Part shown: in pieces, positions 62,669-64,000 of the stretch
How positions within the stretch are numbered: position 1 is the stretch's first letter
How the letters are laid out: each line of letters opens with the position of its first letter
Origin: Terriglobales bacterium
GTDB taxonomy: Bacteria > Acidobacteriota > Terriglobia > Terriglobales > Acidobacteriaceae
Assembly: GCA_035272625.1 (NCBI GenBank)
Contig: DATEQN010000045.1
Span: forward strand, 5,918-69,917
Direction: 5' to 3'
Length of the DNA stretch: 64,000 bases
Notes under the pieces: generated by a model
The model's database searches: none
The model's input: the letters and a program-made list of their open reading frames with translations, nothing else
What the model was told of the DNA's origin: nothing
Made by a program: the position numbers and the translations under genes

Positions 62669-63108
62669 CGACGAGGTACGGGCCGTGGTACCGACATGCT
62701 TTGAAGCAATGACCAACAAACGGAAAAAGCACGGGAACAATGGGAACACGAGGTTCGAGCACGTCAGCAAAACATTACCCCCGCTGACTATCCCCAAGGG
62801 CTGCATTAGGTCCGAGGCGATCATCTACCAAAGATTATTTCGCAGGGTAGATTCTGGTTCGGAATCGTGTTGACAGCCGTGAGCGTATCCGATAAACGTT
62901 GACCGACTCCGTTGTTGAAACATCCCCCCATTACTTACCAGTAAACATCAAACGCAGAAAAATACATCTTCCCAGGCAACCACCAAGAAATTTATTTTCG
63001 GGCGAACAAACGGACAACCATCCAAGCCAATGTACGTACAATACGGCTACTACAAAGTGTTCCACGTGAAACACTGTACGTACAATATGGCGGCGTCCGC
63101 GTAGCCCT

Positions 63109-64000
63109 TCAAGCCTTCGGCTGCTTCAGCGCGGCGGCGCGCTCTTGCAGAGCAATCGTGACCGCGCGCAGCATATCGTTGGCGGGGGCGGGCTTGCCGG
63201 TCCAGATTTCAAATTGCCGCGCTGCCTGCTGCACAAACATTTCGACTCCGGGAATGACGGCGATTCCCTTGGCGCGCGCGACTTGCAGCAAGTGCGTCTC
63301 GACCGGGTCGTACACCATGTCGAAGACGACGCGGGCTTGAATCTCCGGATCTTTGAGCGGGCAGTCGCGCGTGTTCCCCATCCCAACCGGAGTAGCGTTG
63401 ATGATGACGTCGAAGGCAATCTTGCGGAGATCCGCTCGTTTGATAGTCCGTGCTTTCGCCTGGCGCGCTAGCTTCTGCGCCTTGACGGACGTGCGATTCA
63501 GTATCCAGACTTCAGCGCCACGCTCCTTGAGACCGAACACCGCGGCCCGCGCCGCACCGCCGGCGCCGAGCACGAGAACTTTCGCGTTCTCGATGGTGAG
63601 GCGTTGCTCGAGCGGACGAATGACGCCCGCGATATCGGTATTGAAACCGTAAAGCTTGCCTTCCTGTCCGCGGACGACGGTGTTGCAGGCTCCGATTTTC
63701 GCCGTGTGCGCATCGGTGTTATCGAGATGGGGAAGGATCGCCTGCTTGTAGGGCATGGTGATGCTGAGGCCGTGCAGCGGAATCTCGCGCACACAGTGGA
63801 TCAGATCCTTGAGCGATTTGGCGTGGAGAGGAAGATAAACGGCGTTCACGTTCTCCCGGCGCAAGGCCGTGTTCATGATGACCGGCGAGAGCGAACGCTC
63901 GATGGGATCGCCGGCGACTCCATAGATGCGCGTGGCGGCGTCAACTTGCTCGATGCGGTAAATACTGCGCAGATCCCGCGCGCTGATCTGACCGGGCGCG
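63109..64000 (-). CDS. aroE: Shikimate dehydrogenase AroE (5' end beyond the window; possibly fused to an upstream domain)
   Basis: IYGVAGDPIERSLSPVIMNTALRRENVNAVYLPL, GLSITMPYKQ, GFNTD and VLVLGAGGAARA are AroE motifs. The reading frame stays open to position 64000. Confidence 0.85.
   Translation of the reverse strand, partial: APGQISARDLRSIYRIEQVDAATRIYGVAGDPIERSLSPVIMNTALRRENVNAVYLPLHAKSLKDLIHCVREIPLHGLSITMPYKQAILPHLDNTDAHTAKIGACNTVVRGQEGKLYGFNTDIAGVIRPLEQRLTIENAKVLVLGAGGAARAAVFGLKERGAEVWILNRTSVKAQKLARQAKARTIKRADLRKIAFDVIINATPVGMGNTRDCPLKDPEIQARVVFDMVYDPVETHLLQVARAKGIAVIPGVEMFVQQAARQFEIWTGKPAPANDMLRAVTIALQERAAALKQPKA

Noticed and set aside
62652-62873. 73-aa ORF in the spacer after the secreted-protein gene (and the antisense 146-aa ORF at 62384-62824)
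   Set aside because: There is no RBS, the start overlaps the preceding gene's end, and the composition is atypical. They are probably not coding.
1-64000. CRISPR arrays, IS elements or transposases, prophage genes, rRNA genes
   Set aside because: I saw no regularly spaced 25-40-nt direct repeats with unique spacers, no transposase, integrase or phage-structural motifs in any listed ORF, and no rRNA-like conserved stretches.

Overview
This is a GC-rich chromosomal segment. The carboxypeptidase-regulatory-domain TonB-type receptor, the adjacent TIGR03436-like VWA protein and the many short hairpin repeats suggest an Acidobacteriota-like genome, but that is inference only. All product calls come from reading motifs in the supplied translations and the DNA; no searches were run. 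Gene order from left to right: mdtB and mdtC RND efflux genes (translationally coupled); an LMF1-like membrane protein; a CrtI-like oxidoreductase; the TonB-type receptor plus VWA pair; ytfE/RIC; tRNA-Ser(UGA); tdh; a minus-strand run of small genes (DUF4440, DinB-like, membrane peptide, FGE-domain, thiE, M48 peptidase, LOG); a large TPR protein; a BNR beta-propeller followed by a GG-terminated MoaD/ThiS-like protein; gltA; mnmG; a TlpA-like thioredoxin; a late flagellar cluster (flgF-G-A-H-I-J-M-N-K-L); fabD-plsX-rpmF-yceD; vapBC; a VOC protein; a fluoride riboswitch with crcB and DUF190; a three-gene dynamin-like GTPase / P-loop ATPase / small helical protein cassette; a GH5 glycosidase; a class-V aminotransferase; pqqABCDE, including a 25-aa pqqA that is absent from the ORF track; a DksA-like zinc-finger protein; an orphan GvpF/L homologue; and the 3' part of aroE. 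Main second-look items: (1) the dynamin/ATPase/helical cassette, which I cannot place in a named system; (2) the beta-propeller plus diglycine Ubl pair; (3) two lesions in the flagellar cluster, an in-frame TAA in flgG and a 1-nt frameshift in flgI; (4) several families of hairpin repeats, some inserted in frame into housekeeping genes (mnmG, thiE, pqqB); (5) gene-free spacers with an orphan strong terminator or dense palindromes. I saw no CRISPR array, IS element, integrase or rRNA.
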